Assembly: GCA_010093705.1 (NCBI GenBank)
Contig: MU006093.1
Location: 827,301 to 891,300 of the forward strand
Source: Patellaria atrata CBS 101060
Lineage: Eukaryota
Direction of reading: 5' to 3'
DNA: 64,000 bases
In this document: one piece after another, positions 34,562 to 50,597 of the stretch
How positions within the stretch are numbered: position 1 is the stretch's first letter
Layout of the letters: each line of letters begins with the position of its first letter
Program-made: the position numbers and the translations under genes
The notes under the pieces: generated by a model
Seen by the model: the letters and a program-made list of their open reading frames with translations, nothing else
Databases searched by the model: none
Told to the model about the DNA's origin: nothing

Positions 34562-35115
34562 TTTGGTGTATACATAGCGAGGCGTTGGTGTTTTGTTACT
34601 GTACACGTTCTCCCTGAGCGATTTTGGCGCAAATGGAATATCATGTGTTAGTCACATCGTCAGACCGAGAAATAAGAATGTCAGCATAATAGCAGATATC
34701 ATACTGTCAAATCCACCTCTCGTCTCTCTACCGTCCACCAACAAAAAATCTCTCCTTCCGTGATAGACCCATCTCACATCCTCCCAAACACGAAGGAACC
34801 CATATCCCAGATCCAGAATAGCAAGCCAAGCGAACGCTATGAGGGTATCAACCCAATCGTGCGGAAAAAAAACAGTAAACCTCCCAGAAAGAACACTTGG
34901 CGCCAAAAATCCCAATGCCATCGAAAAGAAAACAGAGAGCCGCATCAGAGGAAAATAAACATGCGTTTCATAGATATGGATATAATATCTGTTTTGATAT
35001 GTCAAGTATGAAAACATGGTATAAAGCAATGTACCGGTCCCGCATGGTCCGGCCTGAACAAAAAGTTTTGATTCCCTGTGAACGAATTTAGTGGTATGAT
35101 GCAGCTTTGAATATG

Positions 35116-36230
35116 TCACCAACTAAGGATGCTGCGTTTTATTTTCTTCTCTTTTTTCTCGTTGGTGGTTTCAGGGTTTTTGACCCATTCTTTGAGATCC
35201 GGGTTCCAGGTATGACTGGAGCAAAAAGAAGTTAGTTATGAACTATTGCTCAAATTTATTTTGTGGCTAGGACATACCCCTGGAATTCAGTCACAACCAA
35301 AGCTTTGTCTTTATACTCATCCGTTAGGATCTTGTCATAGGCGTACGGAATTAGTGCCGGTACACCCTCGTATATCGATTCACGCATCGGATACAGCTCT
35401 GTCGTCTTGTATCTATGGAAGTTTTTACAACTCCAGATCCCAGGGTGAATGTCAGGTTGTGTCTCACTGAGCCCGGTGATATCGATGTATAGACCATTTC
35501 GCATATCGATCCAGCGTGCATCAATGATATTTTGCCCATCACCTCTTTCGCGTTGCCAAGCCCATCGGTTAACGTCAAGGAGGTAGTCACGCCTCACGGT
35601 CTTATCTTCTGAGACGTAGTGATGGATTGTGCGGTTATGGTGTTTACCCATATAGTCTAATGTTGCGCCAGATACTTGGGTATCTACGTCCCAGTCCCAT
35701 GGTAACATCTACAAAGCGGTTAGTGAAGAATGAAGAGGAGAAGCCAAGCGTGATTACCTTGCCATTCCACCACCAACCTAGAAGAGTACCATGTGCTATC
35801 CACGTCTCTAAACCTTGTTCTCGGAACCAAGTTAAATATGCGCGAATCATGTGTGTAAGGGTATCAGTGCGTTCATCGTAAGATACGGCTTCTTTAAAAT
35901 ATCGTGTGTCATAATGGCCGAGTATATCGTCAGAGCTACAGATCCGTTAGTTTCTCGGATGCGAAATACTTTGCAAGGGCTGAAATGACTGAGGCGCATA
36001 CCCAGGTTCATCTAGATCAAAGTCAGTGAGGAGAATCAGGGATATATACTGAGATATGTCTTAAACATACGGAAGTATTTATTATCGCCTTTCCTTGGTC
36101 CACCCCTCTTTTCTATTTTTCTTTTCTCCAATCCCTTTTTATCCGTCTCCACTGTTGCCTCTGGAGCAGCTATCACCGGTGCAACCAGAAGTGCGGATAC
36201 GAGGAATGTCGCATATTGTAAAAGTCTCAT
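35116..36230 (-). CDS. Secreted LicD-family phosphotransferase (Mnn4-like mannosylphosphorylation protein)
   Basis: Signal peptide; KYF-HEPG-SDDILGHYDTRY; ETWIAHGTLLGWWWNGK; LPWDWDVDTQV; IDARWIDMRNGLYIDIT. Five exons including a 10-nt micro-exon at 36002-36011. Confidence 0.88.
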
Positions 36231-38707
36231 ACTCTTCCTTTTCGCTAACTCTTAACTATGCTGATAAGTGTGATTGTTTTAAGTTCTATTCGCGGCGAAG
36301 AAGCTGTCGAAAACTCCTAGAGAGAGATTACAACGACGTCAGATAGCTAGGACAAGCTGAACTACAAGCCTTCGAGGATAGTTGGGTCAAACTTCGAGGC
36401 GAGGAAGTACAGAGGATGATTATTAGGGATAAGCGAGTATTTCAGGTCGTAAGAATATTAAGGTGAAGGATTCAGAGACTTGCGTACTTCGTTGGGTACG
36501 AGGCTGTGGGGAATGCCTTACGACGAGTCGCAGCACGTTCAGATAACCCCAAGGTATAAGTAAAACGGGCGTCGCTATGTACGATGTGGGATCAAACGGA
36601 GAGTACAAGAAGAAGGGAATTCGCGCGATTATGAGTACATGTACAAGGCGATGATAAGTACAAGAAGAAGGGTCAAAGGGGCCAAATTGGTTAACAAGTT
36701 TGCGTTGGTTGAGAGTGAGAGTTGGGATCAAAGTCTCCCTCTCCTGAGTGCTGAAGTTCGTACAGGTACAGCCGTTGGCCTGTCGCGTGCCCTAGTGCTA
36801 AACGTGCCCAATTGCCATTTCGGAAAGCGGCCTCGGTTGTCAAACTGTGATCCTTCAAGACTTTTCAACCCACTCAGCCTTCCCCAGAATAATCCCCGCT
36901 TAACCCTAACAGGAGAATCTCACCCGTCAAACTCAATATCTGACACAAACCCTTTCTGACTTTAAAAAGTTCCCTATACTTACCCCTCCACGGCCTCCAT
37001 AAAGTAGTCAGACATTGCGGTCCATGCCGCTCCCTTAAACTGGCTCTTTTCCAATCATTCCTTCGCTTAAGGACGACAAGCTTTAAGTTGACCGCTTATT
37101 ACCATAGCCTCGAGTTAAGCTCTCTTTGAAACAGTGCTTATCAGATTTCGATAGGGAGAACGCCAGGGACAGATGAATCTAAACCAGGCTGAATGCTCCT
37201 CACAGGGGAAATACGACATCTTTTAAACACAGTGAGGGAGGTTACGCATACTGTTTACGTATGTCGACAAGAAATCCAGCCATAGGATGCGTCGACGACA
37301 AATTCAAAGTCACTTTCGGCTAGAAGGAGTACGTATGAACGCAAGAGAGACAGATCCTCTCGATGTCATGGAGAGATAATGGGAATGAGCATCTGGGTCG
37401 TCAAAAATAAAAGTAAAATCATGTCCCACCTTCTGTAATGCATGGTCTACGTCAAAGACATGTGTACGTATGCAAAGTCGTAACATTGCCGTTCCTATAC
37501 GTTGTAGGTGAAGGATGGGAAGTCTTCGTACGAGCCAGTCACTGTACAGAAAACCATAATGTTAGATTCTCGGGGGGACAAATTCTGATGCTTGCTCCGT
37601 ATACTGACGTGCAATGGTATTGACAAAGCGCGGCTCCTGTACGGATTGTACGGTATGTGATATGAATGCAATAAAGCAAAATATCTTTACATAAAACGCC
37701 TTGAGAAGCTCACTCTGACTAGGTAGAGCATGGAGAGCGTACAGCTCCTGCACAACGAAGCTTTGCGTTCACATGTTGATAGAAGATGGTCATCCCTTAG
37801 CATCTTTGACTGGGAAAGGGAAATGAAGCCCATTTGGACAATCTCCTCCTATGGATAGTTTGATATAGCATATGCCCACGACTTGCCATTCGATGGACGA
37901 GCATACGTATAGTATATTGGAATAACGTTTCCCGTAAAGTAAATCAAACGCGATGGGTCCTTGGTAGGAACAAAAGTGCGAAAGATTGGTGCCCTAGACT
38001 ACTCAACTCCTCGAACGAACTTCTCGTATCAATTGGATCCTCCTCTCATGGAGCCTGAACTTCTGAGGTATTGGATACTTGTTTTATAGCCATGGTCTGT
38101 TGTCGACTTTGGTTCCTTACATTGTCTAAATGACGTACTACTGCAGATCTAGAGCTTGAGAGAGGGCTAAACCACCCCTCCGTGCCCTGCTACCCCTCTA
38201 TCAAAAGAAATAGAAATCTGGGGAGCTCATGGTGGGTGTTGGTACCTTACAGTATAGAATGCAGCCCCATTACAGGCACACAGGATTGATATTGGAGCCA
38301 ATAAGATCTAATTGTAGTTCGAGGAAGACGAACTTACAGAGGGATACAGTAACACGCATTTGTAACAACAACGTGTGCTGTTGTCCTCCAAAGGACTGAC
38401 CTCTTTTAGGTCCCTCTGGCCCCTTCATGATGATCTAGTGCGGGGGAATGATGTTGGCTTCACCAACAGCCACGCCGCCTCAGAAAATTGCGTGATTGCT
38501 GGAGTAAAAACACAAGGAGCTTGAGAAAAGCCTGCGAAATTTTCTTAAAGAAAGCGATACCCTTTCTTCTCTTACTTGTAGTTTCTAGCTTACCTTATTG
38601 ACCCACCTTGAAGGAATTGAAATAAGCAACGACTTGCTAGGTAGTTCATCACTCATTCTCCCCAGAAAACATACCAAAAGAGTTGTTATATCGTCCCAGG
38701 TCCCATC

Positions 38708-40425
<1,718 letters not shown>

Positions 40426-41450
40426 GAAGATTAAACCGGTGTGCGGTGTATAAGCGTCGATGTGGATGCAGATGGACCTCCAATGGCATAGTGAGGGCAT
40501 CCGATCTCTAGGGTTTGATGAGAAGTAGCACTGTTTGCATGTTCACAATGCTAGCAATGATATCCCAGAGTATCAATCAAGCATCCATCTCGAATCGTAG
40601 AAATATTCTTTTGCACTTGATGAAATTTCCATTTCAAACGGTGGTCTTCTTTCGTCCTGGTCACCGGTTCATTTCCGAGCTCTTGTAGCCCGCCGCCTGG
40701 CTCCAAAACCTAAAGTCGATGGATAGATTTTTCTTTCGCAGAACATCCCATTTCAGCACATGTCAATCCCAAAAGCCCGATATCGAGCGCTCTTATCGTA
40801 TGTTCATACCTTAGGATGATAGCGCGACAGTGTATCGACGTGCGCGATATAGTGAAGACGTGTCATGAAAAGATCGTAAGTAATAATTTGCAATGTCGTG
40901 ACCGGGTCCATGATACTGAGGATTGCACTACCTGAAAGTAAAGATGATTGCTTTAGTATCGCTTCAGTGGTTCATTTCGGTGTTTCCTCGTGTATTGTAG
41001 CTCCCCTGGGCATGCTAATAAGGTAATCATCGGGGACCCCGCTGCGTGACCTTGTAACAGCTGCCCCACGTGCCCATCTAAAAGTCCCAAACGGAGGTTT
41101 TGCCCCCACAGCTTCCAGTTCCGACCGGATGGCCATGGAGTTCGGGGTAGAGTAGATCTACTATCACTAATAAGGTAATAACTTTTAGAGCTGTAAGCAT
41201 GTGAAGGTTGGGTTCTAACGTAAGAACCTTAACAGCTTAATTTGATGGATTACCTACTGTGAGACAAAGTTAAGCACGCGTAGCTATATCTAATAAGGAT
41301 TTGAAAGACAATAGGAGGATGCTGCATCCTAATCTTGAAAGTGGTCAAAAGATACCTTACATCTTCACCGAAAGCAATACTCGGCGGAGTTACCTAGAAG
41401 GTGCATGTCCTCCTTGTCCAGTCTGAAAAGCCCGGTGTCGTACAAAAGTA

Positions 41451-41456
41451 CCGAGG
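41451..41456. promoter_or_regulatory. CCGAGG (CCTCGG) FarA/Ctf1-type fatty-acid response element
   Basis: Hexamer ~380 nt upstream of a peroxisomal acyl-CoA synthetase ATG. A single short match, supported by context only. Confidence 0.4.
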
Positions 41457-41832
41457 CTTGTACTTGTTCAAACAAAATAGCTTCGCTCTAGTTCTACCAC
41501 TTGAAGAAGGCCTTCATCCCTCCTTCTCACCTTCTAATATTTTCTTGTTCCGTTCGAAATAACTTACAGTATCAGATCCTGCCCTCTCATGCATATTAGA
41601 TGAAATCCTACGGTTAAATCCGGACGTCCCACCTTAACATAGGAGTTCCACTCATCCCTTTAGTATTGGACTATAGCATCATTCCAGGTTGGAATCAATC
41701 AAGGTAGGATTCACAGCACTGGTTGGTTAATGCTTTATGCTGAAAGTAACATTTTAGAAAACATTGGCCATTCAAGACATCCTAACTTTCCTACGCCTCG
41801 TCTGGTTCATCTCGCCGTTATAACACTTTACG

Positions 41833-44189
41833 ATGGCTCCAGTAGAAATCTTAGCCGTTCAGCGGGCTGCTACTTTGCAACCACCTCCCCCGAAAGGGTC
41901 CCCTCATGGTGTCGCTCTACCTGGAACGAAGAGAGACGGTCGAAGTGCGATATACAGACACTGGCGTTTCCAGGACGAGCTCTTAAAGACATTGGACCCC
42001 TCCGTGAGCTTTCCATAGCTGATACTCGTAGAATATAATGACTGAATCTCAGCTTATCTTCTCCTAGGTGACAACTTGTCATGAAGCGTTCGAACAGACG
42101 GGTAAGATATTCTGAGTCTTTTGGGATCTCACATATTGACATCTTCTTGTAGCTAAGGCCGCTCCGAAGCGAAACTGCCTCGGTCATCGTCCGTACCACC
42201 GTGACACGAAAACCTTTGGAGACTATGTATGGCAAGATTATGAGACAGTCCAACGGCGAAGAAAAAATCTCGGTGCAGGCATTGTACGCCTCCACAGAGA
42301 AGCTGGTATCACGGAGCAAAAGTATGGAGTTGGACTATGGTGCCAAAATCGTCCAGAATGGCAAATAGTTGGTATGTCAGACATGAAGCAGAAATCTATG
42401 TCCTCATGTTTGGTGTAGGTACTAACCCTGGACATAGATCTTGCTTGCATGTCTCAGAGCCTTTTCTCCGTCTCTCTTTACGACACGCTCGGACCGGATA
42501 CAACCGAGTACATCATAAACCACGTCGGCATGACCTGTGTCGCAACATCTTTGAGCCATATCACGACTCTTCTAAAACTTAAGCCGCGCCTTCCCACTCT
42601 TAAATTCATCATATGCCTTGACCCCCTGAGCGAAGGCGAGCGACTCGGTGAATCAAAAGGCGAAATATTAAATGCTATCGCCCAAGATCTTGACATTTCG
42701 ATATATTCTATTCAGGACGTAGAAGCAATCGGCGAAAGTACCCCGATTCCCTATAATCCACCCACAGCAGAAGACATTGTAACCATAAATTACACTAGTG
42801 GCACCACAGGTGACCCAAAGGGCGTTGTATTGACACATGCTGCAGCGATAGCCGCGGCAAGCGTTTCATTGCTTGTCATTGATAAAGATGCTGGAGATAG
42901 ATTACTATCATTCCTTCCACTTGCTCACATTTACCAGCGGGTGGGTGAACACTCCGCTTTGTGGAGTGGCACATCGATTGGCTACTTTCACGGAAATATC
43001 CTCGAATTAGCAGACGATATCAAATTACTTCGTCCGACGGTATTCAGCGCAGTGCCGAGATTGTATAATAGATTTGGCGGTCTCATCAAAGCTGCTACGA
43101 TCCAACAAGGAGGCGTGCGGGGCGCATTGTCCAGACGTGTCGTCTCTACGAAGCTTGCAAATATCAAGGCACCCGAGGGTACAGCTACGAACAAGCATCT
43201 CTTCTACGATCGTATTTGGGCAAAGAAAGTCTCTGCTGCTATCGGCCTGGACCAATGTGTGACAATGGTCTCCGGCGCCGCACCCTTAGACCCTTCCCTT
43301 CATCAGTTCCTACGCATAGTCTTCGCCAACGATTTCAAGCAAGGTTACGGCTTGACTGAGACTTACGCTGCGTCCATGGCACAACTTAAAGATGACATGT
43401 CATCTGGAAATTGTGGTCCTCCAGCTGCAACTCATGAGCTTTGTCTCTTAGACGTACCTGATATGGATTATCTATCCACAGATAAGCCCCATCCGCGCGG
43501 GGAATTGCTCATCCGGGCGACTTCTTTGTTCAGAGAATATTATAAAAATGAGAAGGAGACCACCAAATCTATTGATAGCGACGGTTGGTTCCACACCGGT
43601 GATATCTGCTCGGTCGATGAACTAGGGCGTTTCAAGATAATTGATCGTGTGAAGAATGTTCTGAAGCTAGCGCAAGGGGAGTATCTTTCTCCTGAGCGTA
43701 TCGAGAACGTTATTCTGGCGAACTGTAGCTGGCTTCAGATTGCATACGTGCATGGGGATTCCCACCAGAGTTTCCTGGTTGCTATCTTCGGCATCGCGCC
43801 TGACGCGTTTGCGCCTTTTGCAAGTAAACTAATAGGCAAAGAGTACTCTGTTACAGATCTGAAAACGTTGGAGTCTGTGGCACAGGAACCTAAAGTTCGG
43901 AAGGCAGTAATCAAGGAGTTAGACAAGGTGGCCAAACGAAACAAGTTCAACAGCTATGAGAAGGTTAGGGACGTCAGATTGCTCGTCGATCCTTTCACAA
44001 TTGATAATGAGCTCTTGACTCCGACGTAAGTAGAATTTCCTACTCTCGTAATTGACTAGATGATGCTAATAGCTTTACAGTCTCAAGCTTAAGCGCGCGC
44101 AGGCCGCCAGGAAGTATCGTCATCTGCTGGATGAAATGTACGAGAACACCCTCGCAGAGGATGAGAATAAGCCCCGGGCTAAGCTATAG
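41833..44189 (+). CDS. Long-chain fatty acyl-CoA synthetase, peroxisomal (PTS1 -AKL)
   Basis: YTSGTTGDPKG, FLPLAHI, QGYGLTET, GWFHTGD, IIDRVKNVLKLAQGEY. Last exon 44081-44189 ends RAKL-stop. Four introns. Confidence 0.93.
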
Positions 44190-44725
44190 TTTGGAATCGT
44201 GTTACGGGACTAGGAACCGAACGTCTCGTTGTACATACATATCTTGTGTTATGAAATATTAAGGTAGGTGCTTCGAACTGCTCGTCTAGACGGAGTGAAG
44301 CAGGATTGGATGAATCATTTCCCTCCATTTTGTCGTATTTATGGGCATTTTAGAAATGGAACTGCATAAGATAGCATATTAGATATAATGAACGAAAGAT
44401 TATACCTTACTATTACGTGCAATTAATTTTAAAAACAACAGCTGTGAACTTTCATCATACTGATAGGGCTGATAATTTGCGGGATGAGAACAGACCCTGG
44501 TCTCTCCCTTGGGTCGACCGGCAAGCTGATACACAACCTCCCTTCGATTCTTTACCTCCTCAATTTGCCCTTATACATATTGTAATCGCCTATTCGAATC
44601 CCTTCATTACTACCCTGGGTCACTCATTTTATATAGACACGCGTCGTTGCTGTTTTAAATAAATCTTTTGCGCCTTGCGCGGCGCCGCCGCACCTGAAGA
44701 TCTCTTTCTTCTCGACAGCGCAATT

Positions 44726-46703
44726 ATGCAGTTCCCTAAATTAACACCTCTTCAATCTCGCCTTGCTGCCTCACTTACGACCGCAGTAATTCTCATAGTC
44801 ATACTATTCTCTCTGTCGCCAAGACATTCCGCATACGCAGCTGAAATCGACTCGATACTGAACGACGAGCATAATCACCACTGGTTACCGGAAAATGTTG
44901 ACGCAGCTGGTTTGAGTTGGGACGATGAAAAGGATCAAGATGCGTATGAAGCTGAGTTTCTCGGATTAGACAGGGGGATAATAGGAAGAGCACCAGCCGG
45001 AGTTGATGGACTGGATAACAATACACCGAGCAATCTGAATCTTGACCCTGGGCGGACAAATAACTACGTTTTCGAAAACAAAACATTATGGGGAAATCAT
45101 TCTGCGACGGGTCTAGGACTTCCCGCACTTCCTCGGACCAGAGAAACTCGAGACGTGGGAGAATTCGCTACCCCTATAGAAATAAGGCAAGACCGAGCGT
45201 CGCAAACCACTCGACTATTGTATATTTCCATCAATGTTTGTTCACAACCAACTAGGAATGGCACCTCCACTTCTACGGGGCCTCCTCCACAACTTACGTT
45301 GTACATATCGCAATCTGAGAGAAACCAACGACCCAGCCCAGACGCCAACGAGCTTGATATGAAAACGTTACCACTAAATGAGGGGTTCCAAAATTGTACC
45401 ATCGACGCTACAGGAGATGTCTATATTGGTGTCCACGCCCCGGAATTGCCGCAAGGTTTCTCTGGTGGATATAACTATGACCTCGCTGCTTCTATCGACG
45501 GCTATTACCATTCGTGGACTGAGGACGAGAAGGACTCTCCGCTTCTTTATCTCGTTGACAGTGACACGAGTTCCGCCCTTCTCGTAACTAGTAACTTAAC
45601 CCAGAACGATATTACTGACAGAGTGTACCAAAATGGGTTGAACATGAGGCCACCATTTCAGATCTTTGCATTCAATGAAAATGAGACGTCTATCAAGGGC
45701 TTGGAGCATTCATACTGTGGCCTTAAGACCATGAATGCATCGACCCAGGTAATAACCGACAGAAGTATGACAGTTCGAGGGTTGGGGAACCACCCTAAGG
45801 AGCAGTTCTACGTTCGAAACCTGAATCATAGCTCGACGTATCTCTCGTACCTCGCTATTGAAGGCAACTCGACAAACTTCGGAGCTGGTACTGTAGGAGG
45901 GGGTGGTACGATATTGGTTCGCACTACCTTCAAAACCAAAGCGGGTACGGATACATCATCCTACTTATTCTACCATTACTAATGATGTGATAGACAATAA
46001 CTGCCGTGTTGTGTTTAACTTGACTTTTTGTTCTGAAGTCGCCTACGCCGTCCCATCTAACCCTGAACTGTTTCCCGACCGCCAAAATCTAGCAGACATG
46101 TACGATAAAAATGCTGCGCATCATTATCAGAATTTCAACTATTCACTCCAGCAGATCCCTTGCAGTACCACTGCCAACGATACAAAGTACTCGCTCGTAC
46201 GCAATTGTACCCACTGCGCCCGTGATTACAAAAACTGGCTCTGTGCAGTCACCATTCCCCGTTGTGCCGACTTCTCTACTTCATCGCAACTCTACTATCT
46301 GCAACCGAGGAATCTGGCTCAAGCTTTCATCAATGGTTCGAGACCGTTACATGATACCCTGACCTCCCACAGGACATTAACACAACGTCTTGGAACTAAC
46401 AGTTCACGCAATCCATGGATAGACGAGGAAATTCGCCCAGGGCCATACAAGGAGGTGTTACCGTGCGAGGACCTCTGCTACAATGTGGTGCAGAGCTGTC
46501 CGGCAGCTTTTGGATTTGGATGTCCAACGTCAGGCCAAGGTCTAGAAATGAGCTATGGGACACGAAATGAGAAAAAAGGTGTGGTGACATGCAACTTTCC
46601 AGGTCAAATGATCCCCGTAAGTGGAGGAGCGCCTATGAGGTCTCAGAGCTGGAATATTTGGGCCTGGGTTGGGGTAGTGGCTTTGTTCACGGCATGGCTA
46701 TGA
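44726..46703 (+). CDS. MID1: Calcium influx channel regulatory subunit Mid1
   Basis: MQFPKLTPLQSRLAAS signal, VDSDTSSALLVT, FCSEVAYAVP, YKNWLCAVTIPRC, SRNPWIDEEIRPGPYKEVLPCEDLCYNVVQSCPAAFGFGCP. Intron ~45945-45993. Confidence 0.93.
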
Positions 46704-46848
46704 GGGTCTGTTTATATGGATGGTGAGGGTCGCATTTTATAGGACGGAATTGCATGGATGGCGTTCTGGGTGAATGTGGGTTGTATGACGGTTCGTTTGG
46801 GCGACTGGATCTGTATGACTGTGAGCCATCGTATATGAATGCTAATAT

Positions 46849-47020
46849 AGGCGCACGCCCCTAATGGACGTTACTAGACCCTTCCCGTACCGTTGGGACT
46901 GACGGTCAGTTATGCGCCTCCCGTGTTGCGGGCGCAAGAGGTTTCTCTTCTTCTATCAGAGCATTACTGGCTTACTGTACACCTTTGGTTCATGCATGTA
47001 TCGGGATTGACCATACAAAC
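46849..47020 (+). ncRNA. Possible structured small RNA with H/ACA-like layout
   Basis: Nested stems 46849-46855/46913-46919 and 46860-46867/46890-46897, two small hairpins, AGAGCA (ANANNA) at 46958-46963, ACA at 47015-47017. No rRNA target identified. Confidence 0.3.
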
Positions 47021-47296
47021 TATAGAGATTTGATAATGGGCCGGAACTGTGAGTATGTCAGTACGTGTACAACAACCGTACAGCGTATAACGACTGGTAA
47101 CATGAACATCCTAAGGTTACTAAAACGTTTATAATTTCATCCTCCATTTTCAAAAACCTAAGCATCTTTTGCTAATCGATCCTGACCTTCGAAGCATTGC
47201 TGTGAACGCCGTTTTTAGATGCTTTGTCCCCATGCGCCGCCGCTAATAAACAATATCACTACCCAATAAGTGGAATATCCCTGAAAAACGAAATCT

Positions 47297-47730
47297 TCAT
47301 TCATCCTCCATCCCTTCCTCCTCTCGCTTACTTCCATCTCTCCTATTACCAATTAGTATTCTATCTTTGCATTCCCATTCCACTCGCAGGATCAAACTTA
47401 CGGGAAGTACCTCACCCCCGCGTTCTCCATATTTGCCAATACATCCTCCGGTAGCATACCCGTAACTTTGACCGCATACGTCCCCGGAACAAAGGAATCG
47501 AGCCGTTGCCATTTCGCTACCCAAGATGTTGCAGGGTCGGTGAGTGCGATCAGGCCTTCGTAGACCTGTGATGTGCATTCTCGAATAGCGTCGTTGTTGC
47601 CGACTAGGCTGAGGAAGTCGTCGCAGTTGGGACAACCAGAGGTATAGAATTTGTGCTGGTGTTGCACGATAGAGCAGACCATGCAGGCCCGTAGAGCACG
47701 GTGTTGAGAGCGGGCGACGAAGGCAGACAT
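47297..47730 (-). CDS. SPT4: Transcription elongation factor Spt4
   Basis: RACMVCSIV...GCPNC...ECTSQVYEGLI...SWVAKWQRL...PGTYAVKVTGMLP. Intron 47343-47401, last exon PRDGSKREEEGMEDE. Confidence 0.96.
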
Positions 47731-48177
47731 ATTGGGGTTGGTTTGAAAGTGGGATGTCTAGATTGTAAGTTCGACTGTTGAGTCCTGGCCTTAATGTGTA
47801 GTAGGTGGAGGTGTGGTCAGAATATGAAGCCCATGATGCTTTGTTCGAGATTCGATGAAGTTGGAAATGTACCAAGGGCGGAGCGGAGCGGACTAATTCC
47901 GCCCGTCTGGAAAAGAAGTTTGTGGAACGCTGCCCTAAGCTTCCATCCATCGTCATTTGTGTTGACCCGTCGACCTGGACCACGAGGTCACACCGAATTC
48001 GGACAGTGTTATTCTTGACTGTCGCTAGAGATTTTTACACCTATATATCGCTCCTTCACTGAAATCTATCTTTTGCTATAAATCCTTACGAGTTTCGTTG
48101 ACTTCTGTCTAACCGCCCCGCTGCAGCTTGACTAGCTCTAGAGACATACTAAATTCGTGCCCCTTCCAATTCGAACG

Positions 48178-49878
48178 ATGACCGCGGCCGAGGAGGCCAT
48201 TGCCTTGAAGAACAAGGGGAATGAGGCGTTCAAAGCTCATGACTGGGCAACTGCCATCGAGTATTATACAAAAGCCATTGCAGTAAACGATAAGGAGCCT
48301 TCGTTTTACACCAATAGAGCTCAGGTTCGTCTAGCTGTCAAGTCCACATATGGGCACGCGACATAGCTAATAGGATATTGAATAGGCCAACATCAAGCTA
48401 GAATCATACGGATATGCTGCCGCAGATGCAACGAAGGCGATAGAATTAGATTCAAACAATGTGAAGGTGTGTAGACAGTCCTCGTCGTTATCGTAGGCAT
48501 ACTGACCGCTGTCCCATAGGCATACTATAGAAGAGCTGTTGCGAACACAGCTACCTTAAAGCACCGGGAGGCGCTACAGGACTGGAAAATTGTTGTCAAG
48601 AAGTTGCCAGGCGATAAGGCCGCAAAGCTTCAGCACGATCAATGTAGCGCGATAGTAAAACGAGATGCCTTCCTCAAGGCTATAGAAATTGAAGATGCAC
48701 CCTCAGCAGCGGAGGGTCTCGATATAGACAATATCGCTGTAGAGGAAGCATATGATGGCGTACGGTTAGGCAAAGAGATGACACAAGAGTTCATCGATGA
48801 TATGATTCAACGGTTCAAGGACGGAAAGAAGATACACAAAAAATATGTGTATCAGATAATATTGGCGGTTAAGGATATCGTATACAAAGAGGCTACTATG
48901 GTTGAGACCGAAGTTAAAGAAGGCACGAAGATCACGGTATGCGGTGATACACACGGTGAGGTCCCATTCATATCAAGGTTAACCTTCCATGAGAAACCCA
49001 ATACTAATTTATTTTACGCATTTAGGCCAATACTTCGATCTTCTCGAACTCTTCCGCCTGAATGGCTTCCCCTCGGATACACACCATTATCTCTTCAACG
49101 GTGACTTTGTCGATCGCGGCTCCTGGTCCACGGAGATCGCTCTCCTGCTCTACTCATACAAGTGGCTACGACCCAATTCTTTCTTCCTCAACCGTGGCAA
49201 CCATGAAACTGATGACATGAATCGCATGTACGGCTTTGAAGGCGAGTGTCGCCACAAGTACTCCGAGCGTGTCTTTAAGCTCTTCTCTGAGTCCTTCTCG
49301 GCACTACCACTCGCAACCCTAGTCGGCAAGAAGTATTTCGTCCTCCATGGCGGCTTGTTCTCGGATGACAAGATCACGCTTGACGATGTGCGGAAACTAA
49401 ATAGGCATAAGCAGCGGCAACCCGGCCAAAGCGGTCTCATGATGGAGATGCTGTGGACCGATCCGCAAAAGGACCCTGGCAGAGGGCCGAGTAAAAGAGG
49501 AGTGGGCTTGCAGTTTGGACCGGATGTTACGAAGAGGTTTTGCGAGAACAACGGTTTGGAGGCTGTTATTCGGAGTCATGAGGTCAGGATGGAGGGCTAT
49601 GAGGTAAGCAACCATGAGCATCTTCCGCTTGATATCATCCTAAGGGGTTCCTTTTGTGTGGTAGCGATGTTAACTCTATCTACTCACAGTCCGAACACGA
49701 TGGCCGCTGCATCACTGTCTTCTCCGCACCTAAATATTGCGATTCTACCGAAAATAAAGGCGCATACATCAACATCGGCCCCGATTACAAACTCGATTTC
49801 CACAAGTTCGACGCCGTGCCACATCCAAATATCAAACCTATGGCATATGCTTCGAGTCCACTCATGGGGATGATGTAG
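48178..49878 (+). CDS. PPT1: Ser/Thr protein phosphatase 5 (TPR plus PPP domain)
   Basis: TPR N-terminus (ALKNKGNEAFK), GDTHG|QYFDL, GDFVDRG, RGNHE, HGGL, IRSHE, TVFSAPKYC, PHPNIKPMAY. Four introns. Confidence 0.95.
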
Positions 49879-50597
49879 TCGCTATTCTATAGACTATAAT
49901 GTTTTGGGAACTTGTGCAGCGGACTGTTCAGATGTACTAATATTTGCGCAGTGAGCATCGGCGTCAGGGGTCGTGAGAGGGATTTGGATGGCAATTGCAT
50001 GTCGGGATGATGTTTCCGCTTTGTATAGGCGATACGAGGTCGTATGTACAGCATATAGGTAAAAGTGTGTAGTGGGGAGTTTTTCGGAGTTTTGCTCCGG
50101 AAATTTTATCAGGGCTGTATAAGCACTGGAAATATATCTAAATTTGAGCTTGAGGTATACGTATCGCTTCCTTGTTACGGATATATGTGAGTTATTGCAC
50201 GATTGCTGTACACGAATTAGCAAAACTGTTGAGTTTCGCCCCTTAGCGAATTTCGAAATATGTACAGCAGAGTCCGAAGTCGTACAGATATTTGCATACG
50301 GCAACTTGGGGAGCGCCACAGTGAGGGAGAGCATCGATTTTTGCGCGTTTCAAAATACCGATGCGCCGTATAGCTCTTTCGGGGGTCTTCTCAAACGTTA
50401 GTGTGCCGCAATTCAGAGGATGTCTCATAAGGCAAATGAAAGATCATAGATATTTCCCTTATAGCTCAGCAACACCCAAACGCCCATACTCCTCCCCCCA
50501 ACCCGCAATTGCCCAAACAACTATTTTCTTTTCCCACCCCGCAAGCAAGTTCATAACCAAGCGAACCCAATACACCCCTATATAACAGAATTCGGGT

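Noticed and set aside
36901..36910. TAACCCTAAC as an alternative telomerase template in the LicD-MET17 intergenic region
   Set aside because: Good template match, but I found no boundary helix, three-way junction or Sm site nearby, unlike the 23.1-24.7 kb locus. A covariance-model search should still include it.
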